Source of the DNA: a virus
Virus record (IMG/VR): IMGVR_UViG_3300018080_006015
Span: 1 to 64,000 of that record
DNA: 64,000 nucleotides
Reading direction: 5' to 3' (one strand)
The translations under genes and the position numbers were made by a program. Below, one piece after another: positions 39,785 to 48,860 of this stretch. Each line of letters starts with the position of its first letter. Position 1 is the first letter of the stretch. Under the pieces are notes generated by a model. It ran no database searches. It was not told the origin of the DNA and saw nothing but the letters and a program-made list of their open reading frames with translations.

Positions 39785-40444
39785 ATGCCAAAAAATAACA
39801 ATATAATGATTAATATATACGACATACTTAAAGATATTGTGTTTGAAAATCCAATTGTGTTTGAGATTGGTGTGCACAAAGGTCAAGATACCAAAAAATT
39901 ATTGGATGTATTTAAAAATGTAAATTATTATGGTTTTGAGTGTGATCCGCGCAATATAGCAAATATTAAAACAAATTCGGTATACGATAAGATTACTCTA
40001 GTAGAATTCGCCGTTAGCAATAAGAATGGTGTTGCAGATTTCTATATGTCTAATGGTACTCCACAAACGCATTCCATAAATAATACGGCTTCGTCTTCTT
40101 TACATGAGCCAACTGGACATTTAGAACGATGGAAGTGGGTTACATTTGAAAGGCCAATACAAGTAAACACATGTACATTAGATACGTTTTGTCAAGAAAA
40201 TAACATAGACCATATTGATTTTATTTGGGCAGACGTACAGGGTGGTGAATATAATATGATCCTGGGTGCTCAAAATATTTTAAAATTTACACGATATTTG
40301 TATACAGAATATTCAAATGTTGAGCTTTATAAAGATCAAAAACCATTAAATGATTTGTTGAAAATATTGCCTGGGAATTGGAGCGTTGTTAAAGATTTTA
40401 GGTCAGATGTGTTTTTGAAAAATATTGACCTATACTGCAAGTGA
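39785..40444 (+). CDS. FkbM family methyltransferase
   Basis: FEIGVHKG, FECDP, AVSN, TLDTF, IDFIWADVQGGE, LYTEY. Confidence 0.9.
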   Translation: MPKNNNIMINIYDILKDIVFENPIVFEIGVHKGQDTKKLLDVFKNVNYYGFECDPRNIANIKTNSVYDKITLVEFAVSNKNGVADFYMSNGTPQTHSINNTASSSLHEPTGHLERWKWVTFERPIQVNTCTLDTFCQENNIDHIDFIWADVQGGEYNMILGAQNILKFTRYLYTEYSNVELYKDQKPLNDLLKILPGNWSVVKDFRSDVFLKNIDLYCK

Positions 40445-40598
40445 TAAATGAGCAAAATATAGAAAAAAAATAAGTGGGCCGATGGTTAACATATATGATG
40501 TTACAGATAATTGCATTCTTATAAGTTTTTTTGTGTTATATTTATTGGTGTGTTTTGACTTTGTGGGGTTATTTGTTTTATAATTTGGTGGTGTTTTT

Positions 40599-41354
40599 AT
40601 GAAAAAATTTATTATTATGTCACCTGTGCGGTCAGGATCTTCATTGTTGAGAAAAATGTGTCATGAGCCGCCATATAGTCACTTTTTGTTTCAGCCATTT
40701 AATTTGAACCAGCTGAGAAAGTTAGGTATTAATAAGTCACTTAAAGTAGTGCAAAACAGAATGGATAATCCATCCAGATTTTTAAATTTTCTATTTTCTA
40801 AATATCATAACGAGTCTGTTGGGGCAAAAGTTATCATTACCAGTAAGGCAAACCATACGTTGGAAAATATATGTAGAAACAAAAACTTTAAAATTATTTT
40901 ATTATATAGAAAAAATTTAAGCGAATCATTTGTTTCTAGAGAATTAGCAAGAACAACTGGACGATGGGGATTACAATCTGGTGATCCTCTACCTAAAATA
41001 AAAAACACATTGCATTTTAATTATCAGGGCATTGAGAAATTTTCCAACAAAGTGTTTAGAAAATTGTCCGCATGTAAGCGCATTTTAGATGACAGATTTA
41101 CAGATGATTATTTGGTTTTATCGTATGAGGATCTCGTAGACAAGAATTTAAAAATTGATATGAAAAATATAAATATTGTTAGGGAATTTGTGGGAATTTC
41201 TAAATTAAGACAATATAATCCGACATCGCAAAAACAAAATGATGAAAAAACTTATTCTATGATTGAGAATAGGCAAGAATTAGATGAAAAATGTGGCAAG
41301 ATGTATGGGTATTTAGGACAAAGATCTGAACCATTAATTTGGAAAGATTTTTAA
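40599..41354 (+). CDS. Sulfotransferase (Stf0-like)
   Basis: FIIMSPVRSGSSLL, IILLYRKN....VS...A..TG.W, SYEDL, IEN..EL. Confidence 0.75.
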   Translation: MKKFIIMSPVRSGSSLLRKMCHEPPYSHFLFQPFNLNQLRKLGINKSLKVVQNRMDNPSRFLNFLFSKYHNESVGAKVIITSKANHTLENICRNKNFKIILLYRKNLSESFVSRELARTTGRWGLQSGDPLPKIKNTLHFNYQGIEKFSNKVFRKLSACKRILDDRFTDDYLVLSYEDLVDKNLKIDMKNINIVREFVGISKLRQYNPTSQKQNDEKTYSMIENRQELDEKCGKMYGYLGQRSEPLIWKDF

Positions 41355-41366
41355 AGGAGAAAACAA

Positions 41367-42371
41367 ATGAAAACAGCGTGTATTACAGGGATAACTGGTC
41401 AAACTGGATCTTATTTGGCGGAACTATTATTAAACAAAGGATATAAAGTATATGGTCTTAATAGGAGAACGAGTACATTTAACACCAGTAGAATAGATCA
41501 TATTTATAAAGATCCTCATATATCAAAACAGTTGGAGTTAGTATATGGGGATATGTCTGATTATTCTTCGTTGGCAAGTTTTGTTGGAGATGCAAAGCCT
41601 GATATTTTCTTTAATCTTGCGGCCCAATCTCACGTGAGAGTTAGTTTTGATATTCCTGAATATACGATGGATATAGTTGCTACAGGTGCTTTGAGGTGTT
41701 TAGAGGCCATACGGAAAAATAGTCCAACAACAAGGTTTTTAAATGCCTCAACATCTGAATTGTTTGGAGATCAACCAGCTCCTCAGAATGAAAAAACACC
41801 GTTTAAATCACGATCACCTTATGCGTGTGCTAAATTGGCAGCTCATAGCGTGACGGTTAATTATAGAGAGGCTTATAATTTATTTGCGGTAAATAGCATA
41901 TCATTCAATCATGAATCTCCAAGAAGAACAGAGAATTTTGTTACACGCAAAATAACCAGGGCCGCAACAAGAATATATTTGGGATTACAAGAAAAGTTAT
42001 ACTTAGGTAATTTAGACTCGAAACGAGATTGGTCTGATGCGCGTGATGTTGTTAGGGGAATGTATAAAATTATTACCGCAAATGAACCCGATGATTTTTG
42101 TATAGCAACTGGTGAAACCCGTTCTGTTAAAGAATTTTTAGAAACGGTATTTTCTAAGCTTAATATGGATTGGAAGGATTATGTTGAGTTTGATCCAAGA
42201 TATTTGCGCCCAACAGAAGTTCCTGAACTATGTGGAGACGCATCAAAAATTAAGGAAACACTTGGGTGGCAACCGGAATATTCTTTTGATGATTTGGTAC
42301 AATCCATGATAGATCACGATCTTGATTTGGCATATAAAGAGCGAGTTACCGGGGAGGAAATAAAAATATGA
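41367..42371 (+). CDS. gmd: GDP-mannose 4,6-dehydratase
   Basis: [62 protein letters not shown]; AAGGAG SD upstream. Confidence 0.96.
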   Translation: MKTACITGITGQTGSYLAELLLNKGYKVYGLNRRTSTFNTSRIDHIYKDPHISKQLELVYGDMSDYSSLASFVGDAKPDIFFNLAAQSHVRVSFDIPEYTMDIVATGALRCLEAIRKNSPTTRFLNASTSELFGDQPAPQNEKTPFKSRSPYACAKLAAHSVTVNYREAYNLFAVNSISFNHESPRRTENFVTRKITRAATRIYLGLQEKLYLGNLDSKRDWSDARDVVRGMYKIITANEPDDFCIATGETRSVKEFLETVFSKLNMDWKDYVEFDPRYLRPTEVPELCGDASKIKETLGWQPEYSFDDLVQSMIDHDLDLAYKERVTGEEIKI

Positions 42372-42586
42372 AAATAAAAATAATTAGTGACGGAACAATA
42401 GAGGGCACAAAAGTCGTCAGCGCTAAAACTGGCGAAGAAATAGAGTCTGTTACTAAAATAGGTTGGATGGCTGAGTCCGGTGAAATATATTCAAGAGCTA
42501 TAATAGAAATAATAAATGTGCCTGTCGAGATAGAATCAGATGCAGAATTACAAATAAACGTTCCAATAAATGTGTCTGGAGAATAG
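42368..42586 (+). CDS. Small hypothetical protein
   Basis: 72 aa, ATGA-coupled to gmd; KIISDGT..GTKV motif. Confidence 0.7.
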   Translation: MKIKIISDGTIEGTKVVSAKTGEEIESVTKIGWMAESGEIYSRAIIEIINVPVEIESDAELQINVPINVSGE

Positions 42587-42588
42587 AT

Positions 42589-43032
42589 ATGGTAAATCCA
42601 AGCGAAAATATTAACTTATTAGATGTTATTGAAAATCGCGTTATTATGCCTGATGGAAATAGTATAAGCGGAATTAGTTTTTTGGAATTAGAGGTAAGTT
42701 CGGACGAATTATTACCATCATTAATAATAAATGTTATACCAAATAAGGTAGATATTAAGGGTGATGCTACGATAAAGCTTTTAGAATGGTCGGAAAAGGA
42801 TGAAAGATTCGAATTTCGTGGAAAAGAAAAGCAAACTAAAGTACACATATATAATGACAGTTTTAACGCTTCTAAAAGAGTTCCATCGTCTGCTGGTTAT
42901 ATTATAGAGGATATAGATAATGATGAAGTTATAGGGGCGTGTCAAAGAGTTAGAATAGAACAAACCTCTACATCAAAATGGATTGAAATCGAACAAATAG
43001 ATTTGAGTTCTTGTCCAGAGGAGCGAAAATGA
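42589..43032 (+). CDS. Hypothetical protein
   Basis: 147 aa, tiles between its neighbours; its stop overlaps the fcl start. Confidence 0.7.
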   Translation: MVNPSENINLLDVIENRVIMPDGNSISGISFLELEVSSDELLPSLIINVIPNKVDIKGDATIKLLEWSEKDERFEFRGKEKQTKVHIYNDSFNASKRVPSSAGYIIEDIDNDEVIGACQRVRIEQTSTSKWIEIEQIDLSSCPEERK

Positions 43033-43979
43033 TCAGTGTTTTGTGTACAGGGGCAACTGGGTTTTTAGGAAAGCATGTTCAAGATACCTTTGAGCCATAT
43101 ATTGTAAATAATGATTATTTCGTTGCGTTTTTAGGCTCTAATGGTGGTCGTGGTGATTTGGCAAGTCCGGCGTTGGCTTATGATGTTTTTTCTCGTTATG
43201 AACCAGATGTGGTTGTTCATATGGCTGCTGTTTGTGGTGGTATTTTAGCTAATAAAAATGCCCCCGCTAAATTTCTATCTACCAATTTACAAATGGGTTT
43301 AAACATTTTTGAGCTGGCAGTACAGTTTAAAGTAAAATATGTGTATACGCTTGGTAGCGTGTGTAGTTATCCGAAATATTGTCCAGTACCATTTAAAGAA
43401 GATGATATTTGGAATGGTTATCCAGAAGAAACAAATGCCCCATATGGATTTGCTAAAAAGGGTTTGTTGATGCTGGGTAACACATATCGTGAGCAGTATG
43501 GGGTTAGAGGCGCGCATCTTATACCTGTTAATTTATATGGACCTTATGATCATTTTGATTTAGTAAACAGTCACGTAATTCCCGCTCTTATTAATAAGTT
43601 TACAGATGCAATACAAAATAATAAAGATACGGTATATTGTTGGGGTACCGGGGCTGCGTCTAGAGAATTTTTATATGCAGGAGATGCTGCCAAGGCTATT
43701 GTTCAGGCTGTTACAACAGGGCTTGATACAGAATTGCCAATTAATATTGGAACGGGTGATGAGATAACAATTAAAGATTTGGCATATTTAATTGCTAAAC
43801 TTACAGGATTTGAGGGTAATATAGAGTTTACTGGTGAGGTTTCAGATGGCCAGCCAAAACGCAGATTGGATGTGTCTCGCGCAAAAGAGATTATGGGATT
43901 TGAAGCTAAAACAAAATTATTAGAGGGGTTGGTAAGGACAATCTCTTGGTACCAGGATAATTTGGAGAAAACAAAATGA
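43029..43979 (+). CDS. fcl: GDP-L-fucose synthase
   Basis: GATGFLG, AAVCGGILAN, SVCSYPK, YGFAK, PVNLYGP.D.F...SHVIPAL, WGTG...REFLY, DGQP.R.LD. Confidence 0.95.
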   Translation: MISVLCTGATGFLGKHVQDTFEPYIVNNDYFVAFLGSNGGRGDLASPALAYDVFSRYEPDVVVHMAAVCGGILANKNAPAKFLSTNLQMGLNIFELAVQFKVKYVYTLGSVCSYPKYCPVPFKEDDIWNGYPEETNAPYGFAKKGLLMLGNTYREQYGVRGAHLIPVNLYGPYDHFDLVNSHVIPALINKFTDAIQNNKDTVYCWGTGAASREFLYAGDAAKAIVQAVTTGLDTELPINIGTGDEITIKDLAYLIAKLTGFEGNIEFTGEVSDGQPKRRLDVSRAKEIMGFEAKTKLLEGLVRTISWYQDNLEKTK

Positions 43980-44950
43980 CTAATAATAAAAAGAAAGACA
44001 ACAATAAAAAAACATCAGATTATACACAAAAAGAAAAAGATACTAAACTAGAAGTGGTAGAAGATGTTATGCGCGACCCTGAAAAAATTCAGGAACAAAT
44101 TGAAGCTTTGCAGAAGATTGGTCAGGATTATACTGATGAAATTTTAAGTGGTAAGGTTATTGAAAGTACAGAAGACGTAGTTACACATCCGGTAGAATAT
44201 AAAGATCCGAAAGATTCTAAAAAGCTTGAGCAACCATTAGGCGTAGCAATAGATTTAGCTATTGAAATGCGAAATAAAAATATGTTGGATGATGATGCAT
44301 TTATTAGTCAAATAAAGGAAATAAGAAGATGGGATGATGATTTGATTTCTGGGTTTCGTAATAATATAATGAGTGATGATGCTTTTATAGATAACACTTC
44401 TAATTCCGATGATACTGATGTTGTGCCCCCTGTTAGTTCTAGTAAATTATCTGAGGCCAACGCATTAATGATTGGTTTTGATAAGAAATACGCAATGTCT
44501 AAGGCGAATTATATTTATTCTAGAACAGTAATGAAACAATACGAAAAAGACTTGCGCAGTAAGGGTGAGTTTAGCATGAAAGAACAATATTATAAAGCCA
44601 CTTGTGAGTTTTTGGCGGCAGAGCGTAATTATAAGATTTATGATAAAGTATATAATATTGTTGTAAAAAACTTAGATGAATTGTCGATTAATTTAGAAGA
44701 CGTTACTCTGCTAATAGAGAAAAACAATCAGGATCCTGATTTGTCGCCTGAGACATTATCTGCATTATTTGCACACTTAATGCCAACAGAAGAGCAGTTA
44801 AAAAAAGAAAAAGAGCGTCGTAATAGAGTTGTCGTAACTGATGACTTATTTGTAAGATATGAAAAGGAAAAACAAAAAAGTAAAAAAGCAATAGAAAAAG
44901 ACACTGATGTTTCAAGCGCTTTTAATAAAACATGCTCACAGAAAGAATAA
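43976..44950 (+). CDS. Hypothetical acidic/charged helical protein
   Basis: 324-aa ORF coupled to fcl; no motif recognised. Confidence 0.7.
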   Translation: MTNNKKKDNNKKTSDYTQKEKDTKLEVVEDVMRDPEKIQEQIEALQKIGQDYTDEILSGKVIESTEDVVTHPVEYKDPKDSKKLEQPLGVAIDLAIEMRNKNMLDDDAFISQIKEIRRWDDDLISGFRNNIMSDDAFIDNTSNSDDTDVVPPVSSSKLSEANALMIGFDKKYAMSKANYIYSRTVMKQYEKDLRSKGEFSMKEQYYKATCEFLAAERNYKIYDKVYNIVVKNLDELSINLEDVTLLIEKNNQDPDLSPETLSALFAHLMPTEEQLKKEKERRNRVVVTDDLFVRYEKEKQKSKKAIEKDTDVSSAFNKTCSQKE

Positions 44951-44953
44951 AAT

Positions 44954-45916
44954 ATGAGTAAAAAGAAAATATTAGTAACAGGATCTTGCGGATTTATATT
45001 TTCAAATTTCGTAAGACATGTCTTATATCATCAAAAAGAGTATGATATTGCCAGTATAGATAAGGTTGTTGCTCCAAATAGCCTTCACAATATTTACGCT
45101 AACAAGGGTCACATTTTTTATGTTGGAGATGTGGCTGATCCTCATTTTATAGATGTTGTATTTCAAATAGAGCGTCCAGATATTGTTGTGCATGGTGCGG
45201 CAGAGACCCATGTAGACAATTCAATTAGTGGTGCGGTTCCTTTTATTAAGTCAAATGTTTTAGGAACTCAAGTTATTGTTGATGCATGTGTCAAATATAA
45301 TGTAGAGCGTTTGATTTATATTTCAACTGACGAAATTTATGGGCAGTTATCTAGTGAGTCAGATAAGGCATGGTCTGAAACTTCTCCACTAGATCCAAGA
45401 AACCCATATTCTGCCTCAAAAGCAGCGGGAGAGCTTATTGTACAAGCTGCAAATAAAACCCATAACTTGCAATATAATATTACAAGATGTTGTAATAATT
45501 TTGGACCACGACAATCTGCAGATAAGTTAATGCCAAAGATAATTAACAACATCATACACGGGGAAAAGGTGCCAATATATGGTCAGGGAAAGCAGTTAAG
45601 AGAGTGGATTCACGTTTTCGATAATTGTGAGGCCATTATGACAATTTTGCGCTCCTCTCCACCAAATGAAATATACAACATATCGTCTGGGTATGAGTTT
45701 TCTAATGTGGAAGTGTTCCAAGAGATTTGTAATGTTATGGAAAAGGGTTATGATTTGTTAAACTTTATTAAAGATCCCAGACCAGGACATGATTTTAGAT
45801 ATTCCGTGGACTCTTCTAAGATAAGAAGTCTGGGGTGGAAACCAAAATTTAGGTTTCGAGAAGGGTTAAAACAGTGTGCGGCCTGGTATATAAATAATCA
45901 GTGGATTTTAAGGTAA
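44954..45916 (+). CDS. rfbB: dTDP-glucose 4,6-dehydratase
   Basis: LVTG.CGFI.SNF, AAETHVDNSI, ISTDEIYG, PYSASKA, NNFGPRQ, REWIHV.D, RPGHD.RY. Confidence 0.93.
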   Translation: MSKKKILVTGSCGFIFSNFVRHVLYHQKEYDIASIDKVVAPNSLHNIYANKGHIFYVGDVADPHFIDVVFQIERPDIVVHGAAETHVDNSISGAVPFIKSNVLGTQVIVDACVKYNVERLIYISTDEIYGQLSSESDKAWSETSPLDPRNPYSASKAAGELIVQAANKTHNLQYNITRCCNNFGPRQSADKLMPKIINNIIHGEKVPIYGQGKQLREWIHVFDNCEAIMTILRSSPPNEIYNISSGYEFSNVEVFQEICNVMEKGYDLLNFIKDPRPGHDFRYSVDSSKIRSLGWKPKFRFREGLKQCAAWYINNQWILR

Positions 45917-45918
45917 TA

Positions 45919-45970
45919 TTGTCAAAATCATTGCATAAAATAACATATATGTAATGCAAAATGATATAGT
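45919..45970 (+). promoter_or_regulatory. Candidate promoter/operator upstream of the tubulin-replication block
   Basis: TTGTCA-N16-TAACAT; palindrome ACATATATGT (45943-45952) flanked by TTGCAT/ATGCAA; TGATATAG at 45962. Confidence 0.3.
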
Positions 45971-46007
45971 GTAAGTTTTTGTAATTATTTAGAAAATAGG
46001 AAGAATC

Positions 46008-47372
46008 ATGTCAGTGAAAACAGATGTAGTTGAAGGTAAAAAAGAAGAAATTATAGATGATATTTCTGAGCATGTAGTTACGTCTGCGCCGGAGGTGGAT
46101 GATGATAAATTACAGGCTTTAAAAGAACAATTTGCATCTAAGAATAAGGAACAGGATAAGATGCCCCCTAGAATATTAGAAGAAAAGACAAGAAGTATAA
46201 AGTTTGGTATAATCGGTAGCGGGCAGGCTGGATCGCGTATTGCTGAAACGTTTCATTCATTGGGTTATGAAGCAATTGCAATAAATACCGCCACACAAGA
46301 TTTAGAGCATATAAACATTCCCCAGTCGAATAAGTTGCTTCTGGATTATGGTCTTGGTGGTGCGAGTAAAGATAGAAGTTTAGGAAATGAGGCGGCAGAA
46401 ACACATAAAGACGCAATTTATGCGTTGATTAAAGATAAGTTAGCTGATACTCAAGTGTATGTATTTTGTACGTCTTTGGGGGGCGGTAGCGGTAGTGGTT
46501 CTGTAAATACCATTATCGATATTTTAGCTTCTATTGGAAATCCTATTGTTGTTATTACTGTATTGCCAATGACCAATGAAGATGCGCAAACAAAAAGTAA
46601 CGCACTTGAGTCTTTGTCAGAGCTTGCTGTTAAAGCTAAAGAAAAAATTATTCATAACCTAATTGTTGCCGACAATGCAAAGATTGAATCAATTTTTAGT
46701 GATGTTGGCCAAATGGATTTTTATAATGTTAGCAATAAGGCTATTGTTGAACCATTAGATGTGTTTAATACGTATTCCTCTCAGCCCTCCTCAATTAAAG
46801 GTTTGGATCCAATGGAATTTTTGAAGGTTTTGATTGATGGCGGTGGTTTGAGTTTATATGGCTGTATGAATGTGGCTAATTATGAGGCAGATACAGCTAT
46901 AGCTGAAGCTATAATTACTAATTTGGATTCAGGATTACTTGCCAGCGGGTTTGATCTAAAACAGACTCGTTATGTTGGGGCCATGGTTTTGGCAAACAAG
47001 GATGTTTGGAATAAAATCCCGAGTTCTAGTATAAATTATGCCATGAGTATGGTGCAAGATACCGCTGGAACTCCACTTGGTGTGTTTAGAGGAATTTATA
47101 CGGCAGATATCGAGGAAGATGTTGTGAAGGTTTATTCGTTTTTTAGTGGTTTAGCACTTCCCGAGCCTCGAATCGAAGAGCTTAAAAAGGAAGTTTCATT
47201 ACATCGAACGACTCTTAAAACAAAAGATGTTTCTAGAGATTTAAAGCTTAATATAGATACTGGCGAAAGTGAAACTGTGTCTGCTGTCGAAAAAATTAAA
47301 CAAAAGATTGAAAAGAAAAAGTCAAAATTTGGTCAGTTTACACAAAAGCTAGTAGATAAACGTAATAAATAA
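46008..47372 (+). CDS. Tubulin/FtsZ-family GTPase (PhuZ/TubZ-like)
   Basis: GIIGSGQAGSRIA, AINTA..DL, signature LGGGSGSG, ADN, LDPMEF; charged helical C-terminal tail. Confidence 0.9.
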   Translation: MSVKTDVVEGKKEEIIDDISEHVVTSAPEVDDDKLQALKEQFASKNKEQDKMPPRILEEKTRSIKFGIIGSGQAGSRIAETFHSLGYEAIAINTATQDLEHINIPQSNKLLLDYGLGGASKDRSLGNEAAETHKDAIYALIKDKLADTQVYVFCTSLGGGSGSGSVNTIIDILASIGNPIVVITVLPMTNEDAQTKSNALESLSELAVKAKEKIIHNLIVADNAKIESIFSDVGQMDFYNVSNKAIVEPLDVFNTYSSQPSSIKGLDPMEFLKVLIDGGGLSLYGCMNVANYEADTAIAEAIITNLDSGLLASGFDLKQTRYVGAMVLANKDVWNKIPSSSINYAMSMVQDTAGTPLGVFRGIYTADIEEDVVKVYSFFSGLALPEPRIEELKKEVSLHRTTLKTKDVSRDLKLNIDTGESETVSAVEKIKQKIEKKKSKFGQFTQKLVDKRNK

Positions 47373-48847
47373 TGGCTAAAATTGTAGTAAAAGACAATAT
47401 CTGTTACATAAAAGAAGAAACAGATATTAATTTTGTGCGCATATTAGATGATGAATTGTCCTTTAGAGTGCAGGGGGCGGAACATACCCGAGCATATAAA
47501 GGCTATTATGTTGGTGGTCAATTTATTCGATGGGATGGAGTTCATCGTATCTTGTCGAATAATTTAACTTTTCCGTATGGATTATTATCTAGAGTTTGTG
47601 AATTATATGAGCGATATGGTAAAGAGATAACAATTCATGAAGAGGAGCTTGAAAGAACTCCAATAAACTCAATAGAAATACTTGGCGCATTAAAGAGAAT
47701 TAATAAATATCCATATCCATATCAGCTAGAAGTTTTAGATACCGTAAAAGAAAGTTATAATGGCATTATACGTATGGCAACCGGATCAGGAAAGTCGATC
47801 ATTGCCGCTTTAATTACCGCATATTTTGGAAAAAAGTCTGTTATTTACGTTATTGGAAAAGATCTTTTGCATCAAACTAAAAGATTTTTTGACGAAATAT
47901 TTGATGATCCCGTGGGCATTATTGGTGATGGCTTATGCGATATTCATGATATTAATATTGCTAGCATATGGACAGTTGGACAGGCATTAGGGCTTAAAAG
48001 CAACAAAATTATTGATGATGTATCAGATGGTGAAAAGAAACTTGATGAGACGAAATATAAATACATCAGAGATATGATGAAAACAAGCAAGGTGCATATT
48101 TTTGACGAGTGTCATTTGGCCGCTTGTGATACAATACAAGAAATATCAAGAAACATAAATCCCGAAAATGTTTATGGAATGAGTGCATCACCATGGAGAG
48201 ATGATGGGGCTGACCTATTAATTGAATGTGTGTTTGGTGGAAAGATTGTAGATATTTCTGCTTCTTATTTGATAAGAAACGGATATTTAGTTAAACCGAT
48301 AATAAAGTTTTTAGAAGTTCCAAAATATCATGAATCATTAAAGAAAAGCTATCCAACAATCTATAAGCATTATGTAATAGAGAATGATATACGTAATAGA
48401 AAAGTCATAATGGGAGCTATTAAACTTGTCGAGCAAGGATATTCTCCATTAGTGTCATATACTCGCATATCACATGGCAAGAAATTATATAAAGAAATTT
48501 CTAAACATATTCCTTGTGTATTATTAAGTGGTAAAGATTCTTCTGATACTAGAATAAGAGCCAAAGATGATTTAGAGAGTGGTAAAATTAAATGTATTTT
48601 AGCATCAACAATATTTGATATAGGTGTTGATTTGCCTTCTTTATCTGGCTTGGTTATTGCCGGTGGTGGAAAATCATCTGTGAGGTCATTGCAGAGAATT
48701 GGAAGGGTGATCCGAAAATTTCCCGGCAAAACACAATCGGCAATTATTGATTTTTTGGATAATGCGCATTTTTTGAGAAAACATTCTCTTGCTAGAAAGA
48801 AAATTTATTCCATTGAAGATGAATTTCATATTATATGGCCGAAATAA
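47372..48847 (+). CDS. Superfamily 2 helicase (UvsW/XPB-like)
   Basis: YQ, ATGSGKS, DECH, SASP.R.DG, GVDLP, QRIGRVIR. Confidence 0.92.
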   Translation: MAKIVVKDNICYIKEETDINFVRILDDELSFRVQGAEHTRAYKGYYVGGQFIRWDGVHRILSNNLTFPYGLLSRVCELYERYGKEITIHEEELERTPINSIEILGALKRINKYPYPYQLEVLDTVKESYNGIIRMATGSGKSIIAALITAYFGKKSVIYVIGKDLLHQTKRFFDEIFDDPVGIIGDGLCDIHDINIASIWTVGQALGLKSNKIIDDVSDGEKKLDETKYKYIRDMMKTSKVHIFDECHLAACDTIQEISRNINPENVYGMSASPWRDDGADLLIECVFGGKIVDISASYLIRNGYLVKPIIKFLEVPKYHESLKKSYPTIYKHYVIENDIRNRKVIMGAIKLVEQGYSPLVSYTRISHGKKLYKEISKHIPCVLLSGKDSSDTRIRAKDDLESGKIKCILASTIFDIGVDLPSLSGLVIAGGGKSSVRSLQRIGRVIRKFPGKTQSAIIDFLDNAHFLRKHSLARKKIYSIEDEFHIIWPK

Positions 48848-48860
48848 CGGAGAAATTATT

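Noticed and set aside
40445-40598. G/T-rich intergenic stretch as possible ncRNA or origin
   Set aside because: No stable hairpin, iterons or tRNA-like structure is visible; it is compatible with a promoter-containing spacer.
14594-45916. Bacterial O-antigen/capsule locus (i.e. host chromosome rather than phage)
   Set aside because: No flippase, polymerase, ABC exporter or initiating transferase is seen. The region is interleaved with phage-type genes (homing endonuclease, small unknowns) and continuous with the baseplate and replication genes.
46008-47372. Calling the phage nucleus-forming on the basis of tubulin
   Set aside because: No chimallin or phage multisubunit RNA polymerase is recognisable in this window; tubulin alone is insufficient.
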